Origin: a bacterium
Lineage (GTDB): Bacteria; Zhuqueibacterota; QNDG01; JAGLOF01
DNA: 64,000 bases
NCBI GenBank assembly: GCA_016934955.1
Contig: JAFGRY010000040.1
Span: 983 to 64,982, forward strand
Direction: 5' to 3'
Each line of letters starts with the position of its first letter. The stretch's first letter is position 1. The notes under the pieces were generated by a model. The model was not told where the DNA came from. It did not search any database and saw only the letters and a program-made list of their open reading frames with translations. The position numbers were made by a program, and so were the translations under genes. Shown here in pieces: positions 41,350 through 52,035 of the stretch.

Positions 41350-42663
41350 CTACAATTGGTCCCGGCAGCCTTCCTGCCCCTGCTCACCGCCCCGGCTTCC
41401 CTGTTCCAGGATGTGAGCGGCCTGTTCGTTCACCTGTTTCCTGACGGCGGGTGAAGGCGCCTTTTCCAGGGTGAAGCTGCTGCATCCGTTGAAGCTGATG
41501 AATGCGGCCAGCGCCTCCGCGAACGGACGCCCGGTAAGGGCGGCCGGATCCGCGTCCTGTTCCAGGTAGAGAGCCGGGATGACAAGTGTGCTGCGTGCGC
41601 GGTCCGCCTTCACATCCATGCGGCCGATGAGAGAACCGCACGACAGAATGGGGAGAACGAAATAGCCGTATTTCCGTTTCGCGGCCGGCACATAGCATTC
41701 GATGGTATAGTCGAACCCGAACAGCCGGGTGAGCCGCTTGCGCTGAATGACCAGGTTGTCGAAAGGAGAGAGCAGGTGTATGCCGCCGTCCCCTGCTGCT
41801 CCCGGATCGCGTTCCTGTCCTGTATCGGCGCTGATATAGTTCCGGGTCTTCCGGTCGCCGCCGATCGTCGCCGCAATCACGCTGCCTTCTTCCATGAGCG
41901 TCAGCAGCGCGGCGTCAATATCATCCCGTCCGGCCACCTGAAGATCCGCATCCCGGGCGGTTCCCGGCTGCATGAAATTGAGAAGCTCGGTCCCGGTGGC
42001 GATGCCCAGGGCGCGCAGCCCGCGCAGCACCAGGAACCGCGCTGTTTCCTCCCGGGTCGGGACCGTCGTGTCGATCCGGTCCGGGAGCACCCGTTCGGTG
42101 AGATCGTAGAGTTTCTGAAAATTCCGCCGCCCGGCAACCATCAGCTCGCCCTGCCAGAACAGCTGCTCGAGCGCGAGCTTGGCGGGTTTCCAGTCCCACC
42201 AGCCGTTACTCTTCTTTTCAGATGTAAAATCGGCCGATGCCAGCGGGCCCTCCTGCCGGATCCGCTCCAGCACCGGCCGCAGCATCGGTTTCGCTTTTTC
42301 GTGCTGCATCTTCATCCAGTAGGTCCGTGGGGCGCGAAGGTTCTCCATGCGGGGCAGGGAGAACCTGAAGTCCTCCATCGGCATATACGACATGGCGTGC
42401 CCCCAGTACTCGAAGACGGCACGGTCCTGCATCTGGAGTTCCAGGAGCATGGATCCGTCATAGTCCCGCTGCCGGGTCCAGAGTACGTGGTGATGGGCCC
42501 GCCGCACCGCCGAGATCGTATCGATCTGCACATATCCCAGCTGATTGACAATGGCAAGAACACCCGCCTTGCCCGCGAAGGCTCCCCGTTCGCGATCGAG
42601 AAGCTGGCTATGCAGGACGCGGGCGCGCGCCTCTTCCGGGCTCACATCGACTGCGTTCGTCAT
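41350..42663 (-). CDS. ycaQ: YcaQ/AlkZ-family (HTH_42) DNA crosslink glycosylase
   Basis: VQIDTI (QxD), FEYWGH, WWDWKPAK, LSPFDNL and YTIECYVPAAKRKYGYFVLP. Confidence 0.85.
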   Translation of the reverse strand: MTNAVDVSPEEARARVLHSQLLDRERGAFAGKAGVLAIVNQLGYVQIDTISAVRRAHHHVLWTRQRDYDGSMLLELQMQDRAVFEYWGHAMSYMPMEDFRFSLPRMENLRAPRTYWMKMQHEKAKPMLRPVLERIRQEGPLASADFTSEKKSNGWWDWKPAKLALEQLFWQGELMVAGRRNFQKLYDLTERVLPDRIDTTVPTREETARFLVLRGLRALGIATGTELLNFMQPGTARDADLQVAGRDDIDAALLTLMEEGSVIAATIGGDRKTRNYISADTGQERDPGAAGDGGIHLLSPFDNLVIQRKRLTRLFGFDYTIECYVPAAKRKYGYFVLPILSCGSLIGRMDVKADRARSTLVIPALYLEQDADPAALTGRPFAEALAAFISFNGCSSFTLEKAPSPAVRKQVNEQAAHILEQGSRGGEQGQEGCRDQL

Positions 42664-42680
42664 CGTGCGTCTCTCTCCCT

Positions 42681-43898
42681 CTATTCCGGATCAGGCTCGA
42701 GAACCAGCAGCCGCACCTGATGCGGCTGCACCGTGAGCGTGTATACCGAATCCGTGATGCCCAGTCTGCGATGGAGCCAGACATCCCGGATCTTCTGAAT
42801 GCCGGAGAGGGCGAGATCGCGCCAGCTGAGAGTGACTTCCCTGGCGGTATCGGCGCGGTTGAGCACGCCGATCGCGGTCTCATCGTCAATCAGCGCCTTC
42901 TTCCAGACTTCGATCCCGTCAGCCTGATACACCCGGGCCGCCTGCCGGCCCAGCGGATCCTGGTCGATGGCGATCGCTTCAGGGTTGGTCAGGATGCGCT
43001 TGGTGTCTGCATCCATGTTTCTGAGGTCACAGGAGGCGATGAGGGGGGCGCTGAGCAGGCACCAGAGGCTCATCTGCGCTTCGTATTCGGTCACGCTGCA
43101 GCCGGCAGCTCCGTTGGCGTTCGAGGACTGTCCCCTGCCCTGGAGTCCGGCTACCAGCATATCCGGATCGTTCCAGCGTCCCGGGCCGGCGCAGGCTTCC
43201 AGTCCCGGCATGCGGTCGAGGATATTGACAATACCCGCGTGACCGGCGTCGAATCGTCCGTGATCCCAGGTGTCGCGAATATCCCAGCTCATGCGCCAGA
43301 TATGGCCGCCGGCGTCGGCGGCCCAGAGCCACGGCTTGCGCACGCCCCATTCACAGACCGCGAAGAGGATCGGCCTGCCGGTCGCTTTCAGCGCGTCGCT
43401 CATCCGTTTGTAGCGGATAAACGCCAAATCGGCCGCTGCCGGCGCCCCGCAATAGTCGTACTTGACATAGTCGATTCCCCATACGGCCCAGGTGCGGGCG
43501 TCAACCTCCTCATACCCGTAGCTGCCCGTGGCCCCCGCGCAGGTATGCACGGCCGCGTCCGAATAGATGCCCAGTTTCAGCCCCCGCTCATGCACATAAT
43601 CGGCGAGAGATTTCATGCCCCGGGGAAATTTGGCGGGATCGGGCTGCAGCACTCCGCTGCTGTCCCGCTCCCCCTGCCAGAGATCGTCGATGATGATGTA
43701 CTCATACTCCGCGTCAGCCATGCCGGATGCGACCATGGCGTCCGCCATCTCACGCAATAAAAATCCGTTGATGTCACCGCCGAACATGTTCCAGGTCATC
43801 CAGCCCATGGGCGGCGTCGCCGCGATGTCGGTCTGAGCGAAAGCCGCAAATCCTGATAAAAAGACGGGTATCGAAATGAGTATCAGTTTTTTTTTCAT
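42681..43898 (-). CDS. GH27 alpha-galactosidase / alpha-N-acetylgalactosaminidase family
   Basis: TPPMGWMTWN, IIDDLWQ, LKLGIYSD, DYVKYDYC, WRMSWDI and WNDPDML. Confidence 0.92.
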   Translation of the reverse strand: MKKKLILISIPVFLSGFAAFAQTDIAATPPMGWMTWNMFGGDINGFLLREMADAMVASGMADAEYEYIIIDDLWQGERDSSGVLQPDPAKFPRGMKSLADYVHERGLKLGIYSDAAVHTCAGATGSYGYEEVDARTWAVWGIDYVKYDYCGAPAAADLAFIRYKRMSDALKATGRPILFAVCEWGVRKPWLWAADAGGHIWRMSWDIRDTWDHGRFDAGHAGIVNILDRMPGLEACAGPGRWNDPDMLVAGLQGRGQSSNANGAAGCSVTEYEAQMSLWCLLSAPLIASCDLRNMDADTKRILTNPEAIAIDQDPLGRQAARVYQADGIEVWKKALIDDETAIGVLNRADTAREVTLSWRDLALSGIQKIRDVWLHRRLGITDSVYTLTVQPHQVRLLVLEPDPE

Positions 43899-44161
43899 GT
43901 CATGTCTCTTTTCCATTTTTCACCTGTTGCAGGACGGAATCTCTCGCTCTTTCGTTCTATGGCTTAAAAATTCTCAAGTTCTTCGGTTCCAAAGTTCTTT
44001 TATCACTGTCTCCGTAACGGCCCCCCCTGGATACCCGCCTGAAGCACGCGGGCATGACATTTTTTTCTTTATCCAGATCATCTTTCCGTTTCTTTCGCGT
44101 GTTTCGTTGGCATTTTTCAGGGCAGAAGGGCGAGGTCCGGTCTCAGGCCTCCTGTCCCCGT

Positions 44162-46105
44162 TCATCGCACCACTATCTCATCCGCAAATATCCACGCCTT
44201 TCCACCCGCGCCTTCGTGCCAGTCAGGACAGATGGCGATGTTTTCAGCCCGGACCTTGATATAGCGCGCCTTCTCATTCACCGGCCCGCTGTCAAAGGTC
44301 TTGATTCCGGTCTTGTAGTGCGCCGCTGTCTTCTCGCTGAATGTTTTCACTTCCCTGTACCTGCGGCCGTCCGGGGATATACTCATTGATACCCTGGCCG
44401 GCAGGAAAATCCAGCTTATCTGCATGTCGAGAAAACTGCACGCGATACTGCGGATATCGCGAAGGCTCCCGAGATCGATTACCGCCTCAAGATCGTCACC
44501 CTCGAATCCCTGCCAGTAGCCGTCGTGATAATCCATACTTCCGGTATAGCCGTCGATCAGAGGATCTCTGTTTTTTGCCGGATATGTACTGCTGGGCGGT
44601 ACGGTCAGGGAAAGTGAAGCCCCCACCGCCTTGTGTCGTCTCCGCTTTGCCCGTTCCTCTCCCCTGCTTCCGTGGGGGCGCACCTCACTGCCTGTCCGGT
44701 TCGTGAGATTGTCTCCCAGCTGTTCCCGTATGGTCTCGGCCAGTTGCTGCAGCCGCCGCACCGTGTCCGGATGCTCTGCCGCGACATTCCTGGTTTCGCT
44801 GATGTCCGCTTCGAGGTCATAGAGCTCGAGCCCCACGTCTATATTCGCGTACGGCCCGGGCATGCCCCCCGTGCCCGGTTCCACTCCCCTGTAGGACCTG
44901 GATCTGTGAGGAACATAGAGTTTCCACCGCCCCTGGCGCACCGCCCGGAGCCCGCCGCCGTAGTAGTAAAAGTAGTGATCCCGCGGTTCCGCTCCTTTTA
45001 CCCCTTTCAGCAGCGGCAGGATGCTGACACCGTCGATCTTTTTCCGGGGGAGCGGGCAGCCGGTGACCGCGGCGATGGTTGGAAGAATGTCGATGGAAGC
45101 CGCTATCCTGTCGCAGACTCCTCCCGCGGCAATAGTCCGGGGCCAGCGCATGATGCAGGGCACCCGCGGGCCGCCTTCGAACATGGTGCCCTTGCCTTCC
45201 CTCAGGGGCAGGGCCGACCCGGCGTGTTTGCCGAAATTCAGCCAGGGTCCGTTGTCGCTGGCAAAAATCACCAGCGTGTTTTCCTCGAGACCGTGCCGCT
45301 GCAGGGCATCCATGACCCGGCCCACGGACCAGTCGATCTCCATGATCACATCGCCGTAGGGTCCCTGCTCGCTTTTCCCCCTGAATGTGTCTGAAACGGC
45401 CAGCGGGACATGCGGCATGGAATGGGCCAGATAGAGCAGGAACGGTTCCCGGCTGTGCTTCCCGATGAAATTCACGGCCCGTTCCGTGTAGCGGACGGTC
45501 AGCCGGTTCTGATCCTCCATGGTCAGTACCGGCTCCACCTGCTCCGTCCCCTCGATAAGGTGGAGTACCGGATATCCCGCCCGCCAGTTGTTTTCAGCCG
45601 GCACACCGTTGTATTCAACCGGCCACATGTCGTTTGAGTATGGCAGCCCGAAGTATTCGTCGAATCCCTGGGCCCGGGGCAGAAACTCGGGATGATGCCC
45701 GAGGTGCCACTTGCCGAAGGCGCCTGTGGCGTATCCCCTGTGTTTGAGCAGATCGGCGATCGTCTCTTCTTCGGGGTGCAGCCCGATCTCGGACCAGGCC
45801 GGGAGGGCGCCGCTTATGCTGACCCTCTCGGAATAGCATCCGGTGAGAAGCGACGCCCTTGAGGCGCTGCAGACGGCCTGTGACGCGTAGAAACTGGTAA
45901 AGCGCATGCCTTCATCGGCCAGTCTGTCGAGGTTGGGGGTGGAAAATCCCTGCGCCCCGAACTTCCCGGTGTCGGCGTATCCCTGATCATCGGTGAGGAT
46001 GATGACAATGTTCGGTCTGCTCCCGGTCCTCAGGCAGCCCATGCCGCCGAGCGTAACGGCCGCTGCTCCCAGACCGGCCCGCTGAATGAAATCCCGCCGC
46101 TTCAT
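44162..46105 (-). CDS. Tat-exported Cys-type sulfatase with C-terminal F5/8-like (CBM32-like) module
   Basis: MKRRDFI Tat motif; PNIVIILTDDQGY, CSASRASLLTG, GKWHLG and SDNGP. Confidence 0.9.
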   Translation of the reverse strand: MKRRDFIQRAGLGAAAVTLGGMGCLRTGSRPNIVIILTDDQGYADTGKFGAQGFSTPNLDRLADEGMRFTSFYASQAVCSASRASLLTGCYSERVSISGALPAWSEIGLHPEEETIADLLKHRGYATGAFGKWHLGHHPEFLPRAQGFDEYFGLPYSNDMWPVEYNGVPAENNWRAGYPVLHLIEGTEQVEPVLTMEDQNRLTVRYTERAVNFIGKHSREPFLLYLAHSMPHVPLAVSDTFRGKSEQGPYGDVIMEIDWSVGRVMDALQRHGLEENTLVIFASDNGPWLNFGKHAGSALPLREGKGTMFEGGPRVPCIMRWPRTIAAGGVCDRIAASIDILPTIAAVTGCPLPRKKIDGVSILPLLKGVKGAEPRDHYFYYYGGGLRAVRQGRWKLYVPHRSRSYRGVEPGTGGMPGPYANIDVGLELYDLEADISETRNVAAEHPDTVRRLQQLAETIREQLGDNLTNRTGSEVRPHGSRGEERAKRRRHKAVGASLSLTVPPSSTYPAKNRDPLIDGYTGSMDYHDGYWQGFEGDDLEAVIDLGSLRDIRSIACSFLDMQISWIFLPARVSMSISPDGRRYREVKTFSEKTAAHYKTGIKTFDSGPVNEKARYIKVRAENIAICPDWHEGAGGKAWIFADEIVVR

Positions 46106-46167
46106 CGCGCCTCCTTTCACCGGCCGCTGACCCTGTCTCCTCAGGGATCCAGGCCGGGAATGCCTGA

Positions 46168-49100
46168 TCAGGTTTCTATAATAATTTCATCGACGAACAG
46201 CCATGCCGTTTCACCCGCCGCCGCATGCCAGGAGGGGCACCGGCCGATATTCACGGCCCGCACCCGAATATACCGCGCGTCCCGGTTCTGCAGCGGCGCC
46301 CTGACAGTGTGCAGAAACGCTCCCGTTGTCTTTCGGGGCACGGTGTTGGCGACGGACACCGCCGGAGTGAACACGCGGCCGTCAACCGACACTTCGATGA
46401 TCACGCTGTCAGGCAGAAATATCCAGGATTCCTGGTGCTGCAGCATCGACACATCCACCTCGCGAACGGTCCGGACGGCACCCAGATCGATGATCGCGCG
46501 CAGGTCAACTCCCTCATACCCCTGCCAGGCCGGGTGACGGGCCGATGCTTCTCCCCGCAGTCCGTCGGTCAGGGCCGCGGCTCCCCCGCCGCTGTAGCGG
46601 CTGCTGTATTCCGTCTGCAGCGCCACCGGCCTCCCCAGGCTGGCATACACCGGGATAAAGGCGTCGGTGATGCGGCCCCACCCCTTCTCATCGACCGCCG
46701 CCGTCCGTACATCGGTGCTGGACGTCAGCCGCAGCGGTGTACGGTACACCGGGGATTCCTCATCCGGATCACTGCCGTCGAGCGTGTAGTGAATCGTACC
46801 GCTGCCCCCGCGGGTGCTGAGGCGCAGTTCCCGGGAGCCATCTTCATGTATGGGACCGGCGTCGACGGCAATGTCGAGGTGCCGGGACAGGGGCAGGTAG
46901 GCCATTGATGTCTGCATCGGGAAATCACAGGTGCAGCCTGAGCTCGCCTCCGGCATCAGCAGGAGGCCGCCCGCCGGGATCATGTTTATCCAGCAGCCCG
47001 GACGGTTCACCGCATTGATCCACTGGGTCGTCTCGTCCTCATACAGATTGCAGAGGGCGGGATTGCCGGCCCGGTAGAACAGACTGTTCTCCGAGGCCGA
47101 AATGGTGCCGCAGCCGTGCCCGTTCCGCACCAGCTTCCAGTCGCTGACGGGTTCGCCCGTGTGCAGATCATAGCAGTAGGGCTCCGCGTAGACCCGGTCG
47201 CCGACGATGGCCGGGTGGAGGTGCTGTTCGCCGTGGTCGCCGCCGATCCATTTCTCGTTGTCCTGGGATCGTACCCAGATCAGCGCTCCGCTGGCGGCGT
47301 CGAATGCCTGCACATCGTAGTGCACATGATTGTCCTGGTTCCGGCTTGACACGGCGATGAGTATATCGTCCGCATACGCGAAAAATATGTGGTGCCGTTT
47401 CGGAGAAAGGGCCGGATTCACCTGCCAGACCGGCTGTCCTGTCGCCAGATCGAGCGCGGTGACCGTGGCGCTGTCCCCGAGTATTTTTTCCAGCTCGATG
47501 AGGCCGTCCTCGTCCTCGATCGCCGACCGCCGCTGTGATTCCAGGAAATAGAGACGTCCGCCGCCGGCGGTGATCGTGGGATTCACGATACTACCGGACC
47601 GGTAGGTCCAGGCGGTCTTTCCCGTCAGGCGGTCAAGACTGAAAAGATAATCGCTGGTAACCGACGGCTTGTAATCGTACCAGAGCTCTTTATCGGTCTG
47701 CCAGCTCAAGGTGTAGTACCCGGCCTGCGGCTTGCGCGCACTGCCCAGAAGCCGGTCACCGCTGACGGCAAGATACCCCCAGTAGCGGCTGTCATTCTCC
47801 AGCAGCTGGGGCAGGATGAACTGTCTCTCGATGGTGCCGGTCGCGGGGTCGATACCCACCGCCCGGGAGGTGAGCGCGGCGTAGAGAAGGTCATCGGTCA
47901 CGGCCATATTGCCCGCGTCCCTGAACACGCCCACCCGTTTGAAATCGGGCAGCACCTGTTCCCAGAGCGGTGTGCCGTTGTACGCGTCCGCGGTGATGAT
48001 GCGTCCGAACCCGGGAATGTGAATCCGCCCGTTCTTGAACACCGGCGCCACCGCGCGGTGGTGCCGATCGGCCATATTCCGGGGACCGGGCCTGCCGAAC
48101 CACTGGGGGACCAGATAGTCATTCACCAGCGAATCTTCACTGCAGGCGGTGTTTTCCGGATTTCCGTAGAGATGGGTCCACTCGCCGCTGCCCGGCAGCC
48201 TGCCCCTGGTCAGAGTGATCAGTTTTCCGTCCGCCTGAAGCCTGGCGTCCGGGGCCAGGGAGGTGTCGATCCAGGTCCCGGCAAACGTGAGGGCGGTGGC
48301 TGCGGTGCCGCCCGCATGCTCCAGGACGAGAGAGCCGCCGAAGGGACGCAACAGCCGGTACACATTCTCAAACTCCTCACCGATCCGGCCTGACAGAAGG
48401 TATCTCTCGGAGACGATGATGTTGGCGCAGTAATCGGTGAACCCGATGGCGGACAGCTCGCCGGCGAACACGCTCAGCCGCTCCCCGGAAAATCCCGCCG
48501 CTGCGAATTCCTCCCTGAGTCCCCTCGCTCCGGTTTCATTCGCATGGACGCAGACAACCCGCAGATCGCTGTTGCGGGCGATCTCGAGGGGCAGTCCGCC
48601 GCTGACACAGTCCAGGACAAGGCAGAACCCCTTCCGGGCCTCGGCATGCGTGAGGATCCGTTTCGCGGCTTCGGCGAAAAGACCGCCGTCCGGTATTCGG
48701 GGTGAAGCGGTGCCTGTGGTTTCAGGGACCGCTTCGAACCGGGAAAAACAGACAATTTCGCCGGTATCGGTGCTCGCATACAGTCGTCCGCGGGCGGCAG
48801 CGAGCCCGTACACCCGGCCCTCCACCGGCGCCGACCAGACCATCCTGCCGCTCTGCCGGTGCAGTGCCATGACGCTGTCCTCCAGACCGAGGATCAGCTC
48901 CTGACCGCTGATGATCATTGCGTAGCAGGGTTCGATTTCCCGAATCCAGAGAAACTCGGCATCCGTCAGCGCCTGAAGCCGGCGTGTCGCGGCAGAGACG
49001 GAATCGACGGCCGCGCCCGCTGTCTGCGTGTCCGGAATCGCCTGCTTCACCCCGGCAGCGCTGTCCCCGGCCGTCCGCTGCAGCCGCTCCAGCCGTTCTT

Positions 49101-50160
49101 CGGCCTCCACAAGGCTCTGACGAACAAACTCCCGCCGGACCCTGATCGCCTCGGCCTTCGTTGTATCGAGGGCGAGAATCCTGTAATCATCGAGAATGTA
49201 GCGGAGACTGCCCTCACTCACTGTCCGGTGCCCGGCAAGGGCAGCCGCTCCCTCCTCATCAAACGTGTCAACGGGATAATCGCTGATCCCGTGGACAAGG
49301 CCGTCTCCCGCGAGCGCCAGATAATCGCCCCCGGCCCCGCCGCTGTACCGCCTCACCCGTTCACCCGTCGTAACGGCATAGGCCCTGGGCCGGGACCTGC
49401 TGTTGGGAATATACAGGATCGAATCGGCCAGCAGCGGATATCCCTGGGGGGCGAGATCGGTCTGCCGCCGGCTCCAGAGAACCGTTCCGCTGGACGCGTT
49501 CAGGGCGAACACATACACGTCCTGCTTCGGGAAAATACCGGCCGCGCCGTAGAGCACGCCGTTTTCCACGACAACGCCGGTCCGGACCGGACATGATGAC
49601 ATCACGTGCCCGTTCCCGATTATTTTTCGATCGCGCCGCCCTGGGCGGTACTTCCAGAGGAGGCGGCCGCGGGCGGCTTCAAGACAGTAGACATATCCGT
49701 CATCGGATCCGAAATAGACCCGGCCGCTGTCAATGACCGGAGCCGTCCGGTTCGGTGCAGCCGTGAAAAATTCCCACACAGGGTTGCCGGTGCGGCTGTC
49801 CAGACGTCTGAGACAGTTCTCCGACGATGAGGCAAAATAGACGGCATGGCCGACAGCGGCCACGTGATTCGCCCGGTCATAGGTAACGAGGGGGTTCAAT
49901 TTGGGAATCTGGTGCCAGTAGTCCTGCTGGGCGGGCTCGGGCCAGGCCGGAGCGGGTGCGTGCGGCGGCTGCCATGCCCAGGTACGCTCCAGGGGAAACG
50001 CCAGTGAGTCTGCGGCAACGCCGCTGAGTCGATTGTCATGCTGGTAGCGAGGCCAGTCCGCTCCTGCCTGTCCGGCGGTAAACATGCGTGTGTCACAGGA
50101 GACCGTCACCAGCAGCATGCTCGCTATGGCAGCGACACATTCGCAGCACCTGCGCGTCAT
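46168..50160 (-). CDS. Large lipoprotein: PQQ-like beta-propellers, methyltransferase-like domain, Fn3-associated and F5/8-like modules
   Basis: LVTVSC lipobox-like; DWPRYQHD; repeated AxxGxxxW units; GFCLVLDC...LLRPFGG; Cys-rich GHGCG...RPGCW...GCTC; YTLDGSDP. Confidence 0.72.
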   Translation of the reverse strand: MTRRCCECVAAIASMLLVTVSCDTRMFTAGQAGADWPRYQHDNRLSGVAADSLAFPLERTWAWQPPHAPAPAWPEPAQQDYWHQIPKLNPLVTYDRANHVAAVGHAVYFASSSENCLRRLDSRTGNPVWEFFTAAPNRTAPVIDSGRVYFGSDDGYVYCLEAARGRLLWKYRPGRRDRKIIGNGHVMSSCPVRTGVVVENGVLYGAAGIFPKQDVYVFALNASSGTVLWSRRQTDLAPQGYPLLADSILYIPNSRSRPRAYAVTTGERVRRYSGGAGGDYLALAGDGLVHGISDYPVDTFDEEGAAALAGHRTVSEGSLRYILDDYRILALDTTKAEAIRVRREFVRQSLVEAEERLERLQRTAGDSAAGVKQAIPDTQTAGAAVDSVSAATRRLQALTDAEFLWIREIEPCYAMIISGQELILGLEDSVMALHRQSGRMVWSAPVEGRVYGLAAARGRLYASTDTGEIVCFSRFEAVPETTGTASPRIPDGGLFAEAAKRILTHAEARKGFCLVLDCVSGGLPLEIARNSDLRVVCVHANETGARGLREEFAAAGFSGERLSVFAGELSAIGFTDYCANIIVSERYLLSGRIGEEFENVYRLLRPFGGSLVLEHAGGTAATALTFAGTWIDTSLAPDARLQADGKLITLTRGRLPGSGEWTHLYGNPENTACSEDSLVNDYLVPQWFGRPGPRNMADRHHRAVAPVFKNGRIHIPGFGRIITADAYNGTPLWEQVLPDFKRVGVFRDAGNMAVTDDLLYAALTSRAVGIDPATGTIERQFILPQLLENDSRYWGYLAVSGDRLLGSARKPQAGYYTLSWQTDKELWYDYKPSVTSDYLFSLDRLTGKTAWTYRSGSIVNPTITAGGGRLYFLESQRRSAIEDEDGLIELEKILGDSATVTALDLATGQPVWQVNPALSPKRHHIFFAYADDILIAVSSRNQDNHVHYDVQAFDAASGALIWVRSQDNEKWIGGDHGEQHLHPAIVGDRVYAEPYCYDLHTGEPVSDWKLVRNGHGCGTISASENSLFYRAGNPALCNLYEDETTQWINAVNRPGCWINMIPAGGLLLMPEASSGCTCDFPMQTSMAYLPLSRHLDIAVDAGPIHEDGSRELRLSTRGGSGTIHYTLDGSDPDEESPVYRTPLRLTSSTDVRTAAVDEKGWGRITDAFIPVYASLGRPVALQTEYSSRYSGGGAAALTDGLRGEASARHPAWQGYEGVDLRAIIDLGAVRTVREVDVSMLQHQESWIFLPDSVIIEVSVDGRVFTPAVSVANTVPRKTTGAFLHTVRAPLQNRDARYIRVRAVNIGRCPSWHAAAGETAWLFVDEIIIET

Positions 50161-50231
50161 AATGCCTCCGCTTTCTGTTATCGGTTGCGTGTCAGTGCCG
50201 GGGCCGGCACCGACATGATATTCCGGGACCG

Positions 50232-50873
50232 TCAGTCAAGGCTGATTATTCTGTCGGAATAGTCGTCCGCATCCGGTCCATGGGTGACGACGACCGCGGT
50301 CCCGCCCTGCTTCGTATACTCTTTGAGACAAGTGAATATCCGGGCCGCGTTTTTCTCATCGAGGTTGCCGGTGGGCTCATCGGCGAGAATGATCTTCGGC
50401 TTTTTGCTCAGAGCCCTGGCAAGCGCGGCCCGCTGCATCTCTCCGGTGCTCAGCTCGTTCGGAAAATTATGGATCCGTTTTTCCATGTCCACCGCCCTCA
50501 CCGCCTCCATCAGCATGCCTTCATCAGGCGTGCCCAGGGCCCCGGTACCGGTGAGAATATTTTCCCGTACCGTAAGATAGGGTATGAGATGAAACATCTG
50601 AAAGATAAATCCGATCTGGTTCGCGCGAAACGCGGTCCGGGCCCGGGGCGGGAGCCGGTAGAGTTCGGACCCGTCTATGATCACCCGTCCCCGGGTCGGT
50701 CTCAGCATGCCCCCCATGATCAGCAGCAGCGTCGATTTACCGCTGCCGCTTGCGCCCTTCACCACCAGGAACTCGGATCGTTCGACCTCGAGAGTCAGGT
50801 CCTGCAGCGCGGTCACTCTTTCATTGGTGTTGTGATAGACTTTCGTAACATACTCAAGACTGATAAGTGCCAT
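50232..50873 (-). CDS. LolD/MacB-type ABC ATP-binding protein
   Basis: GASGSGKS, IGFIFQ, LSTGEMQR and ADEPTGNLD. Confidence 0.9.
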   Translation of the reverse strand: MALISLEYVTKVYHNTNERVTALQDLTLEVERSEFLVVKGASGSGKSTLLLIMGGMLRPTRGRVIIDGSELYRLPPRARTAFRANQIGFIFQMFHLIPYLTVRENILTGTGALGTPDEGMLMEAVRAVDMEKRIHNFPNELSTGEMQRAALARALSKKPKIILADEPTGNLDEKNAARIFTCLKEYTKQGGTAVVVTHGPDADDYSDRIISLD

Positions 50874-50892
50874 TGTATCTCCGCCCGATTAT

Positions 50893-52035
50893 CTATTGAT
50901 TCAGAATGACCCGTGCCGGATCCTCGGTGACCGCGGTGACAATCGGAACGAGAATACTCAAAATCGTCACCGCCGGCACATAGATCAGGGCCCGGACCAG
51001 AATGAGAAAATCCGGACCGAGAATACCGGGTGTCACGGTAAATATATGCGGGCCCCAGGTAAAAGCGAGCAGGGTCCCGAGGACAAATCCCGCTGCCGCC
51101 CCCAGCAGGGCCATGACTATTCCTCTGACCAGAAAGAGGCTGATGATCCGAAAACTGCTGTATCCGAGGGCGCTGTAAATACCGATCTCGCTTTTCCGTT
51201 CCTTTACGTTCATCATGGTCAGCACGCCGACCCAGATGAAGACGGTACCCAGAATCCCCGGCAGCAGAAGGATAAAGTATTTGTCCCCCAGCCGCCGCTG
51301 CTGTTCCCGCGCCTGGGCGATGGTGGTGTTCATGATCACTTCCGCGTCCGGAAGCACCTGTTTCAGCTGTTCCCGGATCGAAGCGAGGGCATCTTCTCTC
51401 TCATCGAGGCAGAGACACTGCAAGGCAGTGATCTCGTTGATCTGGCGGCGATGACCGCTGATCTCCTGTACATCTCCCAGAGCGGCGAATATGCGAATAT
51501 CATCCATATTACCCAGTTCCGAAAGCACCTTCGCCACCCGGAACCGCCGGCCCTCGATTTCGATCATATCTTCCTGGGCGATTCCCAGTTCGGCTGCTAT
51601 CGTGTGTCCGAGATAGACCGTACCCGGAGTGATGGCGAAACTCATCCTGCTCCTGATCGCCCCGGACGGTTCCAGCTCCCTGGAGAGTCCGGTAAGCACC
51701 ACGTCCATTCCCCGCCAGTGCATGCGGTAGTGCAGCGTGGCCAGCACATGGGCAAACGCCAGGTTGCTGTGCTCGAGAAACCGGTTTGCGTAGGATTCCG
51801 GCATATACCGGTCGGAAAAGCCCTCCAGCCAGAACCGGTTTATATCCGTGTCGCCGGGAACGATGCGCAGGTTGAATCCCATATCCCTGGTGAGCCGCAC
51901 GGTTTCGGTGTTCGTCGCCCGCGTCACGGTGTAGAAGAGTACGTACAGGGCGGTGCCCACGGTCAGGGCCGCGCAGGCGAGGAAAAAGTTCTGTTTCCGG
52001 TGCAGGATTTCCTTCATGATGATCGTGAAAATCAT
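50893..52035 (-). CDS. FtsX/MacB-like ABC permease
   Basis: TM, large periplasmic loop and 3 TM; NVKERKSEIGIYSALG. Confidence 0.82.
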   Translation of the reverse strand: MIFTIIMKEILHRKQNFFLACAALTVGTALYVLFYTVTRATNTETVRLTRDMGFNLRIVPGDTDINRFWLEGFSDRYMPESYANRFLEHSNLAFAHVLATLHYRMHWRGMDVVLTGLSRELEPSGAIRSRMSFAITPGTVYLGHTIAAELGIAQEDMIEIEGRRFRVAKVLSELGNMDDIRIFAALGDVQEISGHRRQINEITALQCLCLDEREDALASIREQLKQVLPDAEVIMNTTIAQAREQQRRLGDKYFILLLPGILGTVFIWVGVLTMMNVKERKSEIGIYSALGYSSFRIISLFLVRGIVMALLGAAAGFVLGTLLAFTWGPHIFTVTPGILGPDFLILVRALIYVPAVTILSILVPIVTAVTEDPARVILNQ

